64,000 nt of DNA from an uncultured Candidatus Binatia bacterium (GCA_965215605.1 OZ244070.1:3648001-3712000), one strand, 5' to 3'; counted from the stretch's first letter, positions 50,385 to 60,632 are shown. Numbers and translations: made by a program. Notes: generated from the letters alone by a model not told the origin.

Positions 50385-51436
50385 CGGGCTCGGGGAAATC
50401 GCTTGCCGACCTCGCCGGGCTGGTCGGCGGACGGGTCGTAGGCGACCCCGACGTGATGATCGAAGGGGTCGCTGCCATTGAGGAAGCGGGTCCCGGACAG
50501 ATTACCTTCCTGGCCCACCCACGGTACCGCAGACATCTCGACGCCTGCGCGGCCAGCGCGGTCGTCGTCAGCGACGAGTCGAACCTGCCGGAGACCTTGA
50601 ATCGACTCGAGGTCGAGGATCCCAATCGGGCTTTCGCCAGGATACACGGCCTTTTCAATCCGCCGCCGGCGCACGAACCGGCCATCAGCCCGCTGGCGGT
50701 GATCGATCCCACGGCCGTCATCGGCCCGGACGTGGCCCTCTACCCCCACTGCTACGTCGGCAGGAACGCCCACGTCGGAGAAAAGACCGTGCTCATGCCG
50801 GGCGTGAGCGTCGGGCCGGATGCGCGGATCGGAAGACGCTGCGTGCTCCATCCCCAGGTGACGGTGGCCCACCGCTGCCGCGTCGGCGATGGTGTGACCC
50901 TCCATGCGGGCGTGGTGATAGGCAGCGACGGCTTCGGCTACGCCGGCCACGGGCTGCAAAGGATCAAGGTCCCCCAGGCGGGCATCGTGGAGATCGCGGA
51001 CGACGTGGAGATCGGCGCCAACACGACCGTGGACCGGGCGACCATCGGCAGCACCCGGATCGGCGCCGCCACCAAGATCGACAACCTCGTGCAGATCGGC
51101 CACAACGTCGTCATCGGGGAACGGTGTCTGATCGTCGCCCAGACGGGCATCTCCGGCAGCAGCGTGGTGGGCGACGACGTGATCCTGGCCGGGCAGGTCG
51201 GGGTCGTGGACCACGTGGAGATCGGGGACCGCTCCGTTGTCGGACCGACCAGCACGGTGGTGCAGTCGATCCCTCCCGGGTCCGTGCTTTCCGGCATTAT
51301 CGGGGCCGCGCCGCACAAGCAGTGGCTCAGGGTGATGCGGCTGCTGCCCAAGCTGCCGCTGCTGTGGCGGCGCGTTTCGGAGCTCGAACGCAGTCTCCGT
51401 ACGCTGATGTCACGGGAAGACAAAGGGGTTTCGTAA
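50381..51436 (+). CDS. lpxD: UDP-3-O-acylglucosamine N-acyltransferase
   Basis: ITFL, GSDGFGY, IGANTTVDR, KIDNLVQIGHN motifs. Confidence 0.97.
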   Translation: MTGSGKSLADLAGLVGGRVVGDPDVMIEGVAAIEEAGPGQITFLAHPRYRRHLDACAASAVVVSDESNLPETLNRLEVEDPNRAFARIHGLFNPPPAHEPAISPLAVIDPTAVIGPDVALYPHCYVGRNAHVGEKTVLMPGVSVGPDARIGRRCVLHPQVTVAHRCRVGDGVTLHAGVVIGSDGFGYAGHGLQRIKVPQAGIVEIADDVEIGANTTVDRATIGSTRIGAATKIDNLVQIGHNVVIGERCLIVAQTGISGSSVVGDDVILAGQVGVVDHVEIGDRSVVGPTSTVVQSIPPGSVLSGIIGAAPHKQWLRVMRLLPKLPLLWRRVSELERSLRTLMSREDKGVS

Positions 51437-51440
51437 CGAG

Positions 51441-51869
51441 ATGATGGACGTAACCGAGATAGGCAAGTTGATTCGGCACCGCTACCCGTTTCTGCTGCTG
51501 GATCGAATCGTGGAGCTCGAGCCCGACCGGCGCGTGGTGGGCATCAAGAACGTCACCATCAACGAAGCTTTCTTCCAGGGCCACTTCCCTCAGAAGCCCA
51601 TGATGCCGGGAGTGTTGATCTGTGAAACCATGGCCCAGGCGGCCGCCATTCTCGCGGGATGCAGCCAACAGGACCTCGACAAGGTCTTCGTTCTCACGGG
51701 CCTCGATCGGGTGAAGTTCAAGCACCCCGTGGAACCGGGCGACCAGCTCCGGATCGAGGTGGAGATATCCCGGCGGCGCAAGAGCTACTGGCGTCTGACG
51801 GGGACGGTGGAGGTGGACGGCAAGCGGGTGGCGGAAGCGGAGTTGTCCGCCATGGAGATGTCGGTGTAG
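51441..51869 (+). CDS. fabZ: 3-hydroxyacyl-ACP dehydratase
   Basis: HRYPFLLLD, FFQGHFP, PGVLICE.MAQ, PGDQL motifs. Confidence 0.97.
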   Translation: MMDVTEIGKLIRHRYPFLLLDRIVELEPDRRVVGIKNVTINEAFFQGHFPQKPMMPGVLICETMAQAAAILAGCSQQDLDKVFVLTGLDRVKFKHPVEPGDQLRIEVEISRRRKSYWRLTGTVEVDGKRVAEAELSAMEMSV

Positions 51870-51886
51870 CGCGAGGGACGGGAAGG

Positions 51887-52663
51887 ATGGTCCGCAGGCA
51901 TCCCACGGCCGTGGTGGATCCAGCCGCCGAGCTGGACGACGACGTTGAAGTCGGCCCCTATTCCGTCATCGGCGGCGGGACAAGGATCGGAAAGGGGAGC
52001 CGGATAAAGTCCCATGTGGTCATCGAGGGAAACACCTGGATAGGCAAGGGCAACGTCATCCATCAGTTCGCCACCGTCGGCTCCGCCCCCCAGGATCTGA
52101 AATACCGGGGCGAGGACAGCCAATTGATCATCGGCGACGGGAACACGATCCGCGAGTTCGCCTCGCTCAATCCCGGCACCACGGGAGGGGGTCTGGTGAC
52201 CCGGATCGGACAGCGCAACCTGCTGATGATGCAATGCCACATCGGTCACGACTGCGTCATCGGCGACGACAACATCGTGGCCAACGGCGCCAGCCTCGCC
52301 GGCCATGTGGTGGTGGGAGACCATGTCATCATCGGAGGGCTCGTGGGAGTGCACCAGTTCGTCGCCATCGGCAGCGGCGCCATCATCGGGGCGGGTTCGA
52401 TGGTGTCCAAGGACGTGCCGCCCTACTGTAACGCCACCGGCGACCGGGTGCGGCTTCGCGGACTCAACTACGAAGGGCTCAAGCGGCGTGGCGTCGACAG
52501 ACAGCGCATCGACGCCCTCAGGCAGGTGTACCGTATCCTTTTCCAGTCGAAGCTGCGTTTGAAGCCGGCCCTGCTACGGGTCCGTCAGGAGATCCCCCGG
52601 ACCCATGAGGTGGAGGAGATGATCCGTTTCGTGGAAACCTCTCGACGGGGGGTCTGCCGCTAG
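51887..52663 (+). CDS. lpxA: UDP-GlcNAc acyltransferase
   Basis: HPTAVV, PQDLKY, HIGHDC, HQF, KDVPPY, GLN.EGLKRRG motifs. Confidence 0.97.
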   Translation: MVRRHPTAVVDPAAELDDDVEVGPYSVIGGGTRIGKGSRIKSHVVIEGNTWIGKGNVIHQFATVGSAPQDLKYRGEDSQLIIGDGNTIREFASLNPGTTGGGLVTRIGQRNLLMMQCHIGHDCVIGDDNIVANGASLAGHVVVGDHVIIGGLVGVHQFVAIGSGAIIGAGSMVSKDVPPYCNATGDRVRLRGLNYEGLKRRGVDRQRIDALRQVYRILFQSKLRLKPALLRVRQEIPRTHEVEEMIRFVETSRRGVCR

Positions 52664-52680
52664 TGCGCTTTTCCACCGAA

Positions 52681-53505
52681 ATGGCCGTCGACAGGGTCGG
52701 CCTGATCGCGGGCAGCGGCCGCTTCCCGTTGATATTCGCCCAGAACGCGCGGGATTCCGGGGTCCGCGTGATCGCCGTGGCCCATCGCGGCGAAACGGCC
52801 GATGAGATCGAACGGTTCGCGCATGAAGTGACGTGGGTCCGTGTGGGACAGCTCGGGAGAATCATCCGCACCTTCCGGAAGGCGGAAGTCCGTCATGCCG
52901 TGATGGCGGGCGGCATCCGCAAGGTGCGGATGTTTTCGAACTTCAGGCCGGACCCCAGGGGCCTGGCCCTGCTGGCGCGGATGAAGCGCCGCGACGACGA
53001 CCATCTCCTGAGGGGCGTGGCCGCGGAACTCGAGAGCGAAGGAATTCATGTCCTGGAGTCGACGCTCTTCCTGGAGCGGATCATTCCCGCGGAGCCCGGC
53101 GTATTGACCCGGACCGGACCCACTCCCGAGCAGTGGAGGGATGTGCGTCTGGGAGTTCCCATGGTCAAGGCGCTGGGCCGGATGGGAGTCGGCCAGACGC
53201 TGGTGCTGAAGCAGGGGGTCGTCGTGGCGGTGGAGGCCATCGAGGGAACGGACGCCGCCATTCGCCGCGGCGGAAGCATCGCGGGCGGATCCGTGGTCGT
53301 GGTCAAGATGAGCAAACCGCAACAGGACCTGCGGTTCGATGTGCCGGCGGTGGGCCCCGACACCATCGAGGTGCTGCGGGAAGCGGGCGGCGGCGTGTTG
53401 GCCGTCGAGCACCGGCGATCGATTCTGCTGGACAGGGAAGAGCTGCTAGCGGCCGCTGACGCCGCGGGAATCGCCGTGGTCGCCGTGGCGCCGGATAGCG
53501 AATGA
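52681..53505 (+). CDS. lpxI: UDP-2,3-diacylglucosamine diphosphatase LpxI
   Basis: GLIAGSGRFP, GQT, AVEAIEGTD, KPQQDLRFDVPAVG motifs. Confidence 0.93.
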   Translation: MAVDRVGLIAGSGRFPLIFAQNARDSGVRVIAVAHRGETADEIERFAHEVTWVRVGQLGRIIRTFRKAEVRHAVMAGGIRKVRMFSNFRPDPRGLALLARMKRRDDDHLLRGVAAELESEGIHVLESTLFLERIIPAEPGVLTRTGPTPEQWRDVRLGVPMVKALGRMGVGQTLVLKQGVVVAVEAIEGTDAAIRRGGSIAGGSVVVVKMSKPQQDLRFDVPAVGPDTIEVLREAGGGVLAVEHRRSILLDREELLAAADAAGIAVVAVAPDSE

Positions 53506-54428
53506 GCGAACGTATTGCCGCTGGAGTCGTCGGTCTGGGCTACGCGGGGAGCCTTCATGCAGCCAAGTATGCCGCTTTGGCTTCGGCCGAACTGGTCTCC
53601 GTCGCCGACATCGACGAGCGGCGCGCCCGGGAGACGGAGGAGCGCTATCAGGTGCCCGCGGTGACCGACTACCGGGAGCTTTTCGACAAGGTTCGCTGTG
53701 TCAGCATCGCGGTCCCGACTCAGCAGCACTACCAGGTCGCCCGGGATTTCCTGGCGGCCGGCATCGATGTCCTGGTGGAGAAGCCCATCACCTCCACCGT
53801 GGACGATGGTTGCCGGCTCGTGGAACTGGCGCGGCAGCAGGGCCGCATCCTGCAGGTGGGCCACCTCGAGCGTTTCAATCCGGTGGTGCGCGAGCTCGGC
53901 AAGGTCATCTCCGCGCCGAAGTTCGTCGAGTGTCACCGGCTGGCGCCCTTCATCACCCGGGGGACCGACGTCGATGTCGTCCTCGATCTGATGATCCACG
54001 ACATCGATGTCATCGCCAGCCTCGTGCGCGCCCCGGTGGCCAGCATCGATGCCAACGGCGTTGCCGTCCTCACGGACAAGCCGGACATCGCCAACGCGCG
54101 CATCCGTTTCGACGACGGCTGCGTCGCCAACGTGACGGCGAGCCGCGTCTCGATAAAGCGGGAACGCAAGATTCGTTTCTTTCAGCCGGACGCGTATATT
54201 TCCCTGGACTATGACGCCAAGACGGCACAGGTCTACCGCATGGAAGACCGGACCCGGGGCTGGGAGGGTATTCGGGGAGAGACCATCGCCACGGAGAACG
54301 GCGACGCCCTTCGAGACCAGATCGCGGCGTTTCTGGAGTCGGTGGCCACCCGAAGGACCCCGCTGGTAAGCGGAGAGGACGGGTTGCATGCGCTCCGGAT
54401 CGCATCGGCGATCAGCGAACGGCTCTGA
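53502..54428 (+). CDS. gnnA: Gfo/Idh/MocA oxidoreductase, probable UDP-GlcNAc 3-dehydrogenase
   Basis: GVVGLG, LVEKP, VGHLERFNP, DVVLDLMIHDID, TASR motifs; located between lpxA/lpxI and lpxB. Confidence 0.75.
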   Translation: MSERIAAGVVGLGYAGSLHAAKYAALASAELVSVADIDERRARETEERYQVPAVTDYRELFDKVRCVSIAVPTQQHYQVARDFLAAGIDVLVEKPITSTVDDGCRLVELARQQGRILQVGHLERFNPVVRELGKVISAPKFVECHRLAPFITRGTDVDVVLDLMIHDIDVIASLVRAPVASIDANGVAVLTDKPDIANARIRFDDGCVANVTASRVSIKRERKIRFFQPDAYISLDYDAKTAQVYRMEDRTRGWEGIRGETIATENGDALRDQIAAFLESVATRRTPLVSGEDGLHALRIASAISERL

Positions 54429-55609
54429 TGGCTTGTCACGCTTCCGTAGATTCGGGATCGCCGAGCGTCATGCTGGTGGCCGGCGAAGCCTCGGGGGATG
54501 CCCGGGGAGCGGAGTTGGTACGCACCCTCCGACAGCGTAACCCGGGCATGGATGTGTTCGGCATGGGCGGAGGCCGCCTCCGGCACGCCGGCATGCGTGT
54601 GGTCTACGATGTCGCGAAAGTGGCCTCCGTGGGCCTATCGGAGGTGGCGGGAAACCTCCGCAACCTCTGGTTGGCCTACCGCCTGTTGCGCCGATTGCTG
54701 CTGGAGCGCCGCCCGGCCTTGCTCATCCTCATCGACTTCCCGGAATTCAACATGGCGCTCGCCCGCATCGCGCGGCGGCACGGCATCACGGTCCTTTACT
54801 ACATCAGCCCGCAGATCTGGGCGTGGCGCTCCTACCGCATCCGGAAGATCGCATCGAGAGTCGATGCCATGGCTGTGGTGTTTCCGTTCGAGGCGGACCT
54901 TTACAAGTCCTTCGGCATGAAGGAGGTGACGTTCGTGGGACACCCGCTGGTGGACGTCGTCAGCCCCGACCGGGACCGGGACGCGACCCTTCGGGGGCTG
55001 GGGCTGGACCGCGCCCGGCTCACGGTGGCCTTGATGCCCGGCAGCCGGAAGTCGGAGGTGGCTTCGCTGATCGGACCCATGGTGGAGGCGGCCGGCCGCC
55101 TGGCCCGGGAACGGGATGTGCAGTTCATTCTAATCCGTGCGGACACCATCGAACGAAGCGATCTGGAGCGGGCCGTGGCGGGATCGTCCATCACCGCCCG
55201 TATCGTCGACGGAGACGTCTACAACATGCTGGCGGCGGCCGATCTCGTTTGGGTGGCTTCCGGAACCGCGACGTTGGAGGCCGGCTTGCTGACAAAGCCC
55301 ATGGTCATCACCTATCGGCTGTCGCCGCTGAGTTATTGGCTCGGCCGTCGCCTCATCCGGGTGAACGACATCGGCATGATAAACATCGTCGCCGGGGAGC
55401 GGGTGGTCCCCGAGCTCCTTCAGAACGAGGTCACCGCCGACCGCATCCTCGCCGAGACCCGACGCATGCTGCAGCCGGAGGTCCGTCAGGCCGTGGTTGG
55501 GAAGCTTGCCGGGGTGCGGGGTCTGCTGGGCCCCCCGGGAGCGCCGGGACGTGTGGCGGACATGGTCATGGAACTGCTGGCCCAGACCGGCGCACGGGCT
55601 CGAGGATGA
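54428..55609 (+). CDS. lpxB: Lipid A disaccharide synthase
   Basis: AGEASGD, IDFPEFN, YISPQIWAWR, FVGHP, PGSRKSE, SGTATLE motifs. Confidence 0.97.
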   Translation: MACHASVDSGSPSVMLVAGEASGDARGAELVRTLRQRNPGMDVFGMGGGRLRHAGMRVVYDVAKVASVGLSEVAGNLRNLWLAYRLLRRLLLERRPALLILIDFPEFNMALARIARRHGITVLYYISPQIWAWRSYRIRKIASRVDAMAVVFPFEADLYKSFGMKEVTFVGHPLVDVVSPDRDRDATLRGLGLDRARLTVALMPGSRKSEVASLIGPMVEAAGRLARERDVQFILIRADTIERSDLERAVAGSSITARIVDGDVYNMLAAADLVWVASGTATLEAGLLTKPMVITYRLSPLSYWLGRRLIRVNDIGMINIVAGERVVPELLQNEVTADRILAETRRMLQPEVRQAVVGKLAGVRGLLGPPGAPGRVADMVMELLAQTGARARG

Positions 55610-57348
55610 AGGTCTACATCCGCCTGCTCCACTACCTGAGGCCGTACCTATGGCCGTATTTCTGCGGCGGCATTCTCTGCATGCTCCTGTTCAGCGGCTC
55701 TACCGGGTTTTTCCCGTTCGTGGTCCGGGACGCGATGGACCAGATGTTCCTTCACAAAGACCGCGCGATGCTGGTGTACATTCCCTTGGCGATCGTGGCC
55801 GTCTTCACCCTTCGCGCCCTGCTCAACTTCGGCCAGAGCTACCTGATGGAGTGCGTCGGACAGCGGATCGTCCGGGATCTGCGCGCGGTCCTGTGCGAGA
55901 AGCTCCAGTGGCTCTCGCTGTCGTATATCCATCGGCATCCCACCGGGACGCTGTTGTCGCGGGTGACCAACGACGTCATGCTGGTGCGCAACGCCCTCAC
56001 CAGCACGGTGGTCTCGGTGGCCCGCAACAGTACTTCCGTGCTGGTGCTGACAGCGGTGGCCTTTTACATGGACTGGTTCCTGGCATCCATAGCGTTCGTG
56101 GTGTTTCCCGCCGCGGTGCTGCCGGTCCGACGGCTCGCCGGACGCGTCAAGAGTGCCACCACGAGAACCCAGGTGAGCATGGGCCTGTTGACCGCGATTC
56201 TCCAGGAGAGTCTTCAGGGCAGCTCCATCGTCAAGGCGTTCGGCATGGAGCGCCACGAGATGGCCCGGTTCAACCGCGAGAACCGCGAGATCCTGCGCCA
56301 CCAGTTGAGAGCCAGCCGCGCCAAGGCCATCATGCCCGCGGCCATGGAGATCCTTGCGGGACTGGGCATTGCGGGGGTGGTCTGGTACGGCGGCAACGCG
56401 GTCATGGAGGGCGGACGTACGGCGGGCGAGTTCTTCGCCTTTATCACCGCCATGTTCCTGACCTACGAGCCCTTCAAGCGCCTGACGCAAGCCGTTCCCG
56501 AGATCTACCAGGGTATCGTCGGCGGGGAGCGGGTCTTCGAGTTGCTGGACGCGCCGTTGGACATCGCCGACGCGGCGGACGCGGCGCCGGCGCGGGCCTT
56601 CGCCGACCGCATCGCCTTCCGGAACGTGGCTTTCGGCTACCACGCCGAGCCGGTGCTGACCGGGATCGACATCGAAATCCGGCGCGGCGAGATGGTGGCC
56701 CTGGTGGGTATGAGCGGAGCCGGCAAGACGACGCTCTCCGCCCTGGTGCCGCGTTTCTACGACGTGTCCTCGGGCTGTATCACCCTGGACGGCGTCGACA
56801 TCCGCAAGCTTACGCTCGAATCCCTTCGCCGCCAGATCGCCATCGTTACCCAGCACACCTTTCTCTTCAACGACACCGTCCGGAACAACATCTCCTATGG
56901 AGATCCGTCCAAGGACATGGAGGAGATCATCAAGGCCGCCAAGGCCGCCAATGCACACGACTTCATCGTGGGCTTGCCGTCGGCGTACGAAACCCTCATT
57001 GGAGAGATGGGTCTGAGACTTTCGGGAGGACAGCGGCAACGAATCGCCATCGCCCGGGCGGTGCTCAAGAACGCCCCCATCCTGATCCTCGATGAAGCCA
57101 CCTCGTCATTGGATTCCGAATCGGAGCGGCTGGTCCAGGATGCCCTCGACGGCCTCATGGAGAACCGCACAAGCCTCGTCGTCGCCCATCGCTTCTCGAC
57201 CATCTGCAACGCCACCCGCATCGTGGTGCTGGCCGAAGGAAGGGTCGTGGAAGAAGGGACGCACCAGGAATTGCTGGCAACGGGAAGAGAGTACAGTCTT
57301 CTCTACAATCTCCAGACCATGGAAGGGAGTGAGTCGGACGCGCTCTGA
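55606..57348 (+). CDS. msbA: Lipid A export ABC transporter
   Basis: TM domain plus GMSGAGKTT, LSGGQRQRIAIAR, ILDEATSSLD; lpxB-waaA context. Confidence 0.9.
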   Translation: MKVYIRLLHYLRPYLWPYFCGGILCMLLFSGSTGFFPFVVRDAMDQMFLHKDRAMLVYIPLAIVAVFTLRALLNFGQSYLMECVGQRIVRDLRAVLCEKLQWLSLSYIHRHPTGTLLSRVTNDVMLVRNALTSTVVSVARNSTSVLVLTAVAFYMDWFLASIAFVVFPAAVLPVRRLAGRVKSATTRTQVSMGLLTAILQESLQGSSIVKAFGMERHEMARFNRENREILRHQLRASRAKAIMPAAMEILAGLGIAGVVWYGGNAVMEGGRTAGEFFAFITAMFLTYEPFKRLTQAVPEIYQGIVGGERVFELLDAPLDIADAADAAPARAFADRIAFRNVAFGYHAEPVLTGIDIEIRRGEMVALVGMSGAGKTTLSALVPRFYDVSSGCITLDGVDIRKLTLESLRRQIAIVTQHTFLFNDTVRNNISYGDPSKDMEEIIKAAKAANAHDFIVGLPSAYETLIGEMGLRLSGGQRQRIAIARAVLKNAPILILDEATSSLDSESERLVQDALDGLMENRTSLVVAHRFSTICNATRIVVLAEGRVVEEGTHQELLATGREYSLLYNLQTMEGSESDAL

Positions 57349-57391
57349 GTCCTGCGCGCGGGACGGAGTCCGCCGACGGAGCGGCACGCTG

Positions 57392-58687
57392 GTGTTGGCC
57401 CTTTACAATACACTTCTACATGCGGGACTGATCCTGGGCCTTCTGCTTTGGCCCCTGGGGCTTTTGTCGCGGCGACGTCCGTATCGGGGGTTGGGAGAGC
57501 GCTTCACCTGTTATCCCCCGAAGCTCCTGGCGGCCCTCGCGGGTTCCCGGCCGATCTGGATTCATGCCGCCTCGGTGGGTGAGGTGCGGTCCGCCGCCGC
57601 GCTGGTACGGGGGATAAGGACGGCGCTGCCGGACCGCAGGCTGCTGGTGTCGACGATGACGGCCACCGGACGCCGGACCGCCCGCGACCTGTTGTCCGAG
57701 GTCGACGGCGTCACGTATTTGCCGCTGGATCTTCCTTGGCTGGTGTCGCGCAGCCTGCGGCGCTTCCGCCCCGAGGCCATCATCCTGCTGGAAACCGAGA
57801 TATGGCCGAATTTCATTCACACCGCCCGCGGACTGGGAATTCCGACGGTGGTGCTGAGCGGACGCTTGTCGCCGCATTCCGCCCGGCGATACCAGCGTTT
57901 CCGGGGACTGTTCGGGCCGGTCTTGAATGCGGTGTCGGAGTTCGGCATGCAAGACGACGAGAGTGCGGGCCGTGTCCGCCGTCTGGGGGTGGACCCCGCC
58001 AGGGTCGCCGTCACGGGCAATCTGAAAAACGCGGAGACGGGACCGGGGCCGATTCCGGACCCCTTCGGTCCGGGTGGCGGACATGGCCCGGTGGTGGTGG
58101 CCGGCAGCACCCACCGGGGCGAAGAAGAGATCCTCCTGGATGTCCTTCCCGACCTGCGCCGCCTGCATCCGGAGCTTGTCATGATTCTCGCCCCGCGCCA
58201 TCCGGAACGGTTCCGCGACGTGGAGCGGCTGCTCCAGGAGCGAAAGCTGGACTACCGCAAGCGGACCGGCATGAACGGTCTGCGGCCCGGCGACAGCCAT
58301 GTGCTGTTGCTGGACACGCTGGGTGAGTTGCCGCGCTTCTATGGCTGTGCGACGGTGGCCTTCGTGGGCGGCACCCTGGTGCCGGCGGGAGGACACAATC
58401 TCATGGAACCGGCTCGTTGGGGTAAACCGGTGATCTTCGGCCCGCACCAGACCAACATCGCGGAGACCGCCCGAAAGATGCTGGAGCGGGGCGGCGGCGT
58501 GGAGATCCACGACCGCCAGGATCTGTTCAGGGAGATAGCGGAACTGCTGTCGGATCCGGCCCGCGCGGCGGCTATGGGCAGCCGTGCCCGCCAAGTGGTG
58601 GAGGCGGACGGTGACGTGGTGTCGCGCAGCATGGGTCTGATCCGCCGGCAGCTTCAGGACGCTCCATCGCATGGCGGCGTCGAGTAG
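57392..58687 (+). CDS. waaA: Kdo transferase
   Basis: WIHAASVGE, ETEIWPN, GSTH, APRHPERF, DTLGEL, GGHN..EP motifs; start approximate. Confidence 0.95.
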   Translation: MLALYNTLLHAGLILGLLLWPLGLLSRRRPYRGLGERFTCYPPKLLAALAGSRPIWIHAASVGEVRSAAALVRGIRTALPDRRLLVSTMTATGRRTARDLLSEVDGVTYLPLDLPWLVSRSLRRFRPEAIILLETEIWPNFIHTARGLGIPTVVLSGRLSPHSARRYQRFRGLFGPVLNAVSEFGMQDDESAGRVRRLGVDPARVAVTGNLKNAETGPGPIPDPFGPGGGHGPVVVAGSTHRGEEEILLDVLPDLRRLHPELVMILAPRHPERFRDVERLLQERKLDYRKRTGMNGLRPGDSHVLLLDTLGELPRFYGCATVAFVGGTLVPAGGHNLMEPARWGKPVIFGPHQTNIAETARKMLERGGGVEIHDRQDLFREIAELLSDPARAAAMGSRARQVVEADGDVVSRSMGLIRRQLQDAPSHGGVE

Positions 58688-59786
58688 GCGATGGACCCGT
58701 GTGATCCGGCGCGCCTGGAGCCGGCGCGGCATCGGCGGCTGGTGCCTATGGGGGTTGTTGTGGCCCGGGAGCATGATCTTCCGCCTCCTGGTGGGTCTGC
58801 GAAACGTCCTGTACGACATCCGCTGCCTGAACGCCCGGAAACTGGCGCTTCCGGTGGTCAGCGTCGGGAACCTCACCGTGGGCGGCACGGGCAAGACGCC
58901 GACCACTTTGTGGCTGGCGCAGAACCTGCGCCGCCGGGGCCTCAATGCGGCGATCCTGACCCGTGGCTACGGCGGGCCTTCAAAGGGTCGGCCGCCGGGG
59001 CGGATCGATCCCGAAACCGCGCGCGGGTGGCTGAAGGAGCCCGGGGGCGAACCCCTCGATTACGGCGACGAGCCGGTCATGCTGAGCGCCCTGTACGGGC
59101 AAACCGTGGGGGTCGGCGGCGATCGTCATCGAGCCGCAATGGAGTTCAGCACGGAACCCGGAGACTTCCACCTCTTTCTGCTGGATGACGGTTTCCAGCA
59201 CCGTCGGGTGGCGAGGGATGTGGATCTGCTCCTCCTCGGTTCCGACCACGACGGCTCGGTGTTGCCCGCGGGGCCCTTCCGGGAGCCGCTCCGCAGCGCG
59301 CGGCGGGCCGATATCCTGGTGGTCACCGGGGCCCACGACCGATGGCGGGCCCTGCTCCGCGGCCGTTGCGACGGCGCCAGGGTCTTCTACGCCGCTCTCG
59401 AACCCCGGGCGGTCCTCACCCGCACGGACGAGGGGCTGACCGAACTGACCCTCGGCACCCTGGCGGGCGCGCGGGTGCTGGCGGTTTCGGCTGTTGCCAA
59501 CCCGGGGTCCTTCTATGCCATGCTCCGTGACTGCGAAGCCACCGTCGTCGATACGCTGGAATTTGCCGATCACCACCGGTACTCGGAGAAGGATTGGCGT
59601 GAAATCAACCGCCATCGGAACGGGGTCGACAGGATCGTGACCACCGAGAAGGATTTCGTGAAGCTGGCGCGGTTTCCCTTTTCGAGCGGGAGAATGCTGG
59701 CCTTGCGGGTGCAGATGTCCATCGACCGGCCGGAGACGCTGCTCAACCGTATCACGGAGGTCGTGGAGAGGGCTCGCGCGAAATGA
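58671..59786 (+). CDS. lpxK: Tetraacyldisaccharide 4'-kinase
   Basis: SVGNLTVGGTGKTP, RGYG, GDEP, LDDGFQH, PAGPFRE, DHH, TTEKD motifs. Confidence 0.96.
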   Translation: MAASSRRWTRVIRRAWSRRGIGGWCLWGLLWPGSMIFRLLVGLRNVLYDIRCLNARKLALPVVSVGNLTVGGTGKTPTTLWLAQNLRRRGLNAAILTRGYGGPSKGRPPGRIDPETARGWLKEPGGEPLDYGDEPVMLSALYGQTVGVGGDRHRAAMEFSTEPGDFHLFLLDDGFQHRRVARDVDLLLLGSDHDGSVLPAGPFREPLRSARRADILVVTGAHDRWRALLRGRCDGARVFYAALEPRAVLTRTDEGLTELTLGTLAGARVLAVSAVANPGSFYAMLRDCEATVVDTLEFADHHRYSEKDWREINRHRNGVDRIVTTEKDFVKLARFPFSSGRMLALRVQMSIDRPETLLNRITEVVERARAK

Positions 59787-60580
59787 CGCCGAGGCCCGTG
59801 GGAGATCGTCGCAGCCGTGCCACTCTCCCCGGCATGTCGTGCGGCGGAGTTCCGGAAGGATTCGTGCCGGCGGCCCCCGGACCCGGTTTGAACATGCTGG
59901 TGGCTCGGGGCCTGGATGCAAGCGCGCTGGCCTCACGGATCCTGGCGCCTCCGGACGGGTCCGCGCCGGCGCGCTATTTCGGCCGTGCCGGCCTGCATGT
60001 CGTGCCGCTCCCGGGCGGCGATGGGGTGATTCGTTCCTACCGTCATGGCGGCGTGCTGCGAGGGTTGACGCGGGAGTGGTTCGTGAGCCGACCCCCCCGG
60101 CCGTTCGCGGAGCTGGCCGTGACGGTGGCTGCCCGGGAACGAGGAGTGGCGGCCCCGGAGGCGCTGGCCGCCCTGGTGGCGCGGGGGTTCGGTCCCTGGT
60201 ATCGGGGCTGGCTGGTGACGCGGGAGTTGAAGAACGCGCGGAATCTCTGGGCCGAGCTGCAGCGGGAACTTGCGCCCGCAATGAAGCAGGCTCTCCTCCG
60301 CCGGACCGGCCGTTCGCTGCGCTTCATGCACGCCCGCGGCATCGACCATGCGGATCTCAATCTTCGCAACATCCTCGTCCGTCACGAACGCTCGCGCCCG
60401 GAGATCCATGTCATCGACTTCGACAGGGCGCGCCTCTTCTCCGGGCCGGTGCCGGCCGCAAGGGCACGGCGCAACCTGCGCCGGTTGCTGAGATCGGTGA
60501 ACAAGCTCGATCCCGATCGCGCGCACCTCGGGCCGGACGACTGGGACCGTCTCCTGGAAGCCTATGACTCGGCCGGTTGA
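59783..60580 (+). CDS. kdkA: Kdo kinase family protein
   Basis: GR, RSYRHGG, R...E, HADLN.RNIL, IDFDRA, NL.RL.RS motifs; directly after lpxK. Confidence 0.8.
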   Translation: MTPRPVGDRRSRATLPGMSCGGVPEGFVPAAPGPGLNMLVARGLDASALASRILAPPDGSAPARYFGRAGLHVVPLPGGDGVIRSYRHGGVLRGLTREWFVSRPPRPFAELAVTVAARERGVAAPEALAALVARGFGPWYRGWLVTRELKNARNLWAELQRELAPAMKQALLRRTGRSLRFMHARGIDHADLNLRNILVRHERSRPEIHVIDFDRARLFSGPVPAARARRNLRRLLRSVNKLDPDRAHLGPDDWDRLLEAYDSAG

Positions 60581-60603
60581 CGGTTCGGGCACGCGGTTCA
60601 GGT

Positions 60604-60632
60604 TTGCATTGCATCGTACGCGGAGATACTAT
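60604..60632 (+). promoter_or_regulatory. Putative sigma70 promoter of the RRM gene
   Basis: TTGCAT-17 bp-TACTAT. Confidence 0.55.
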
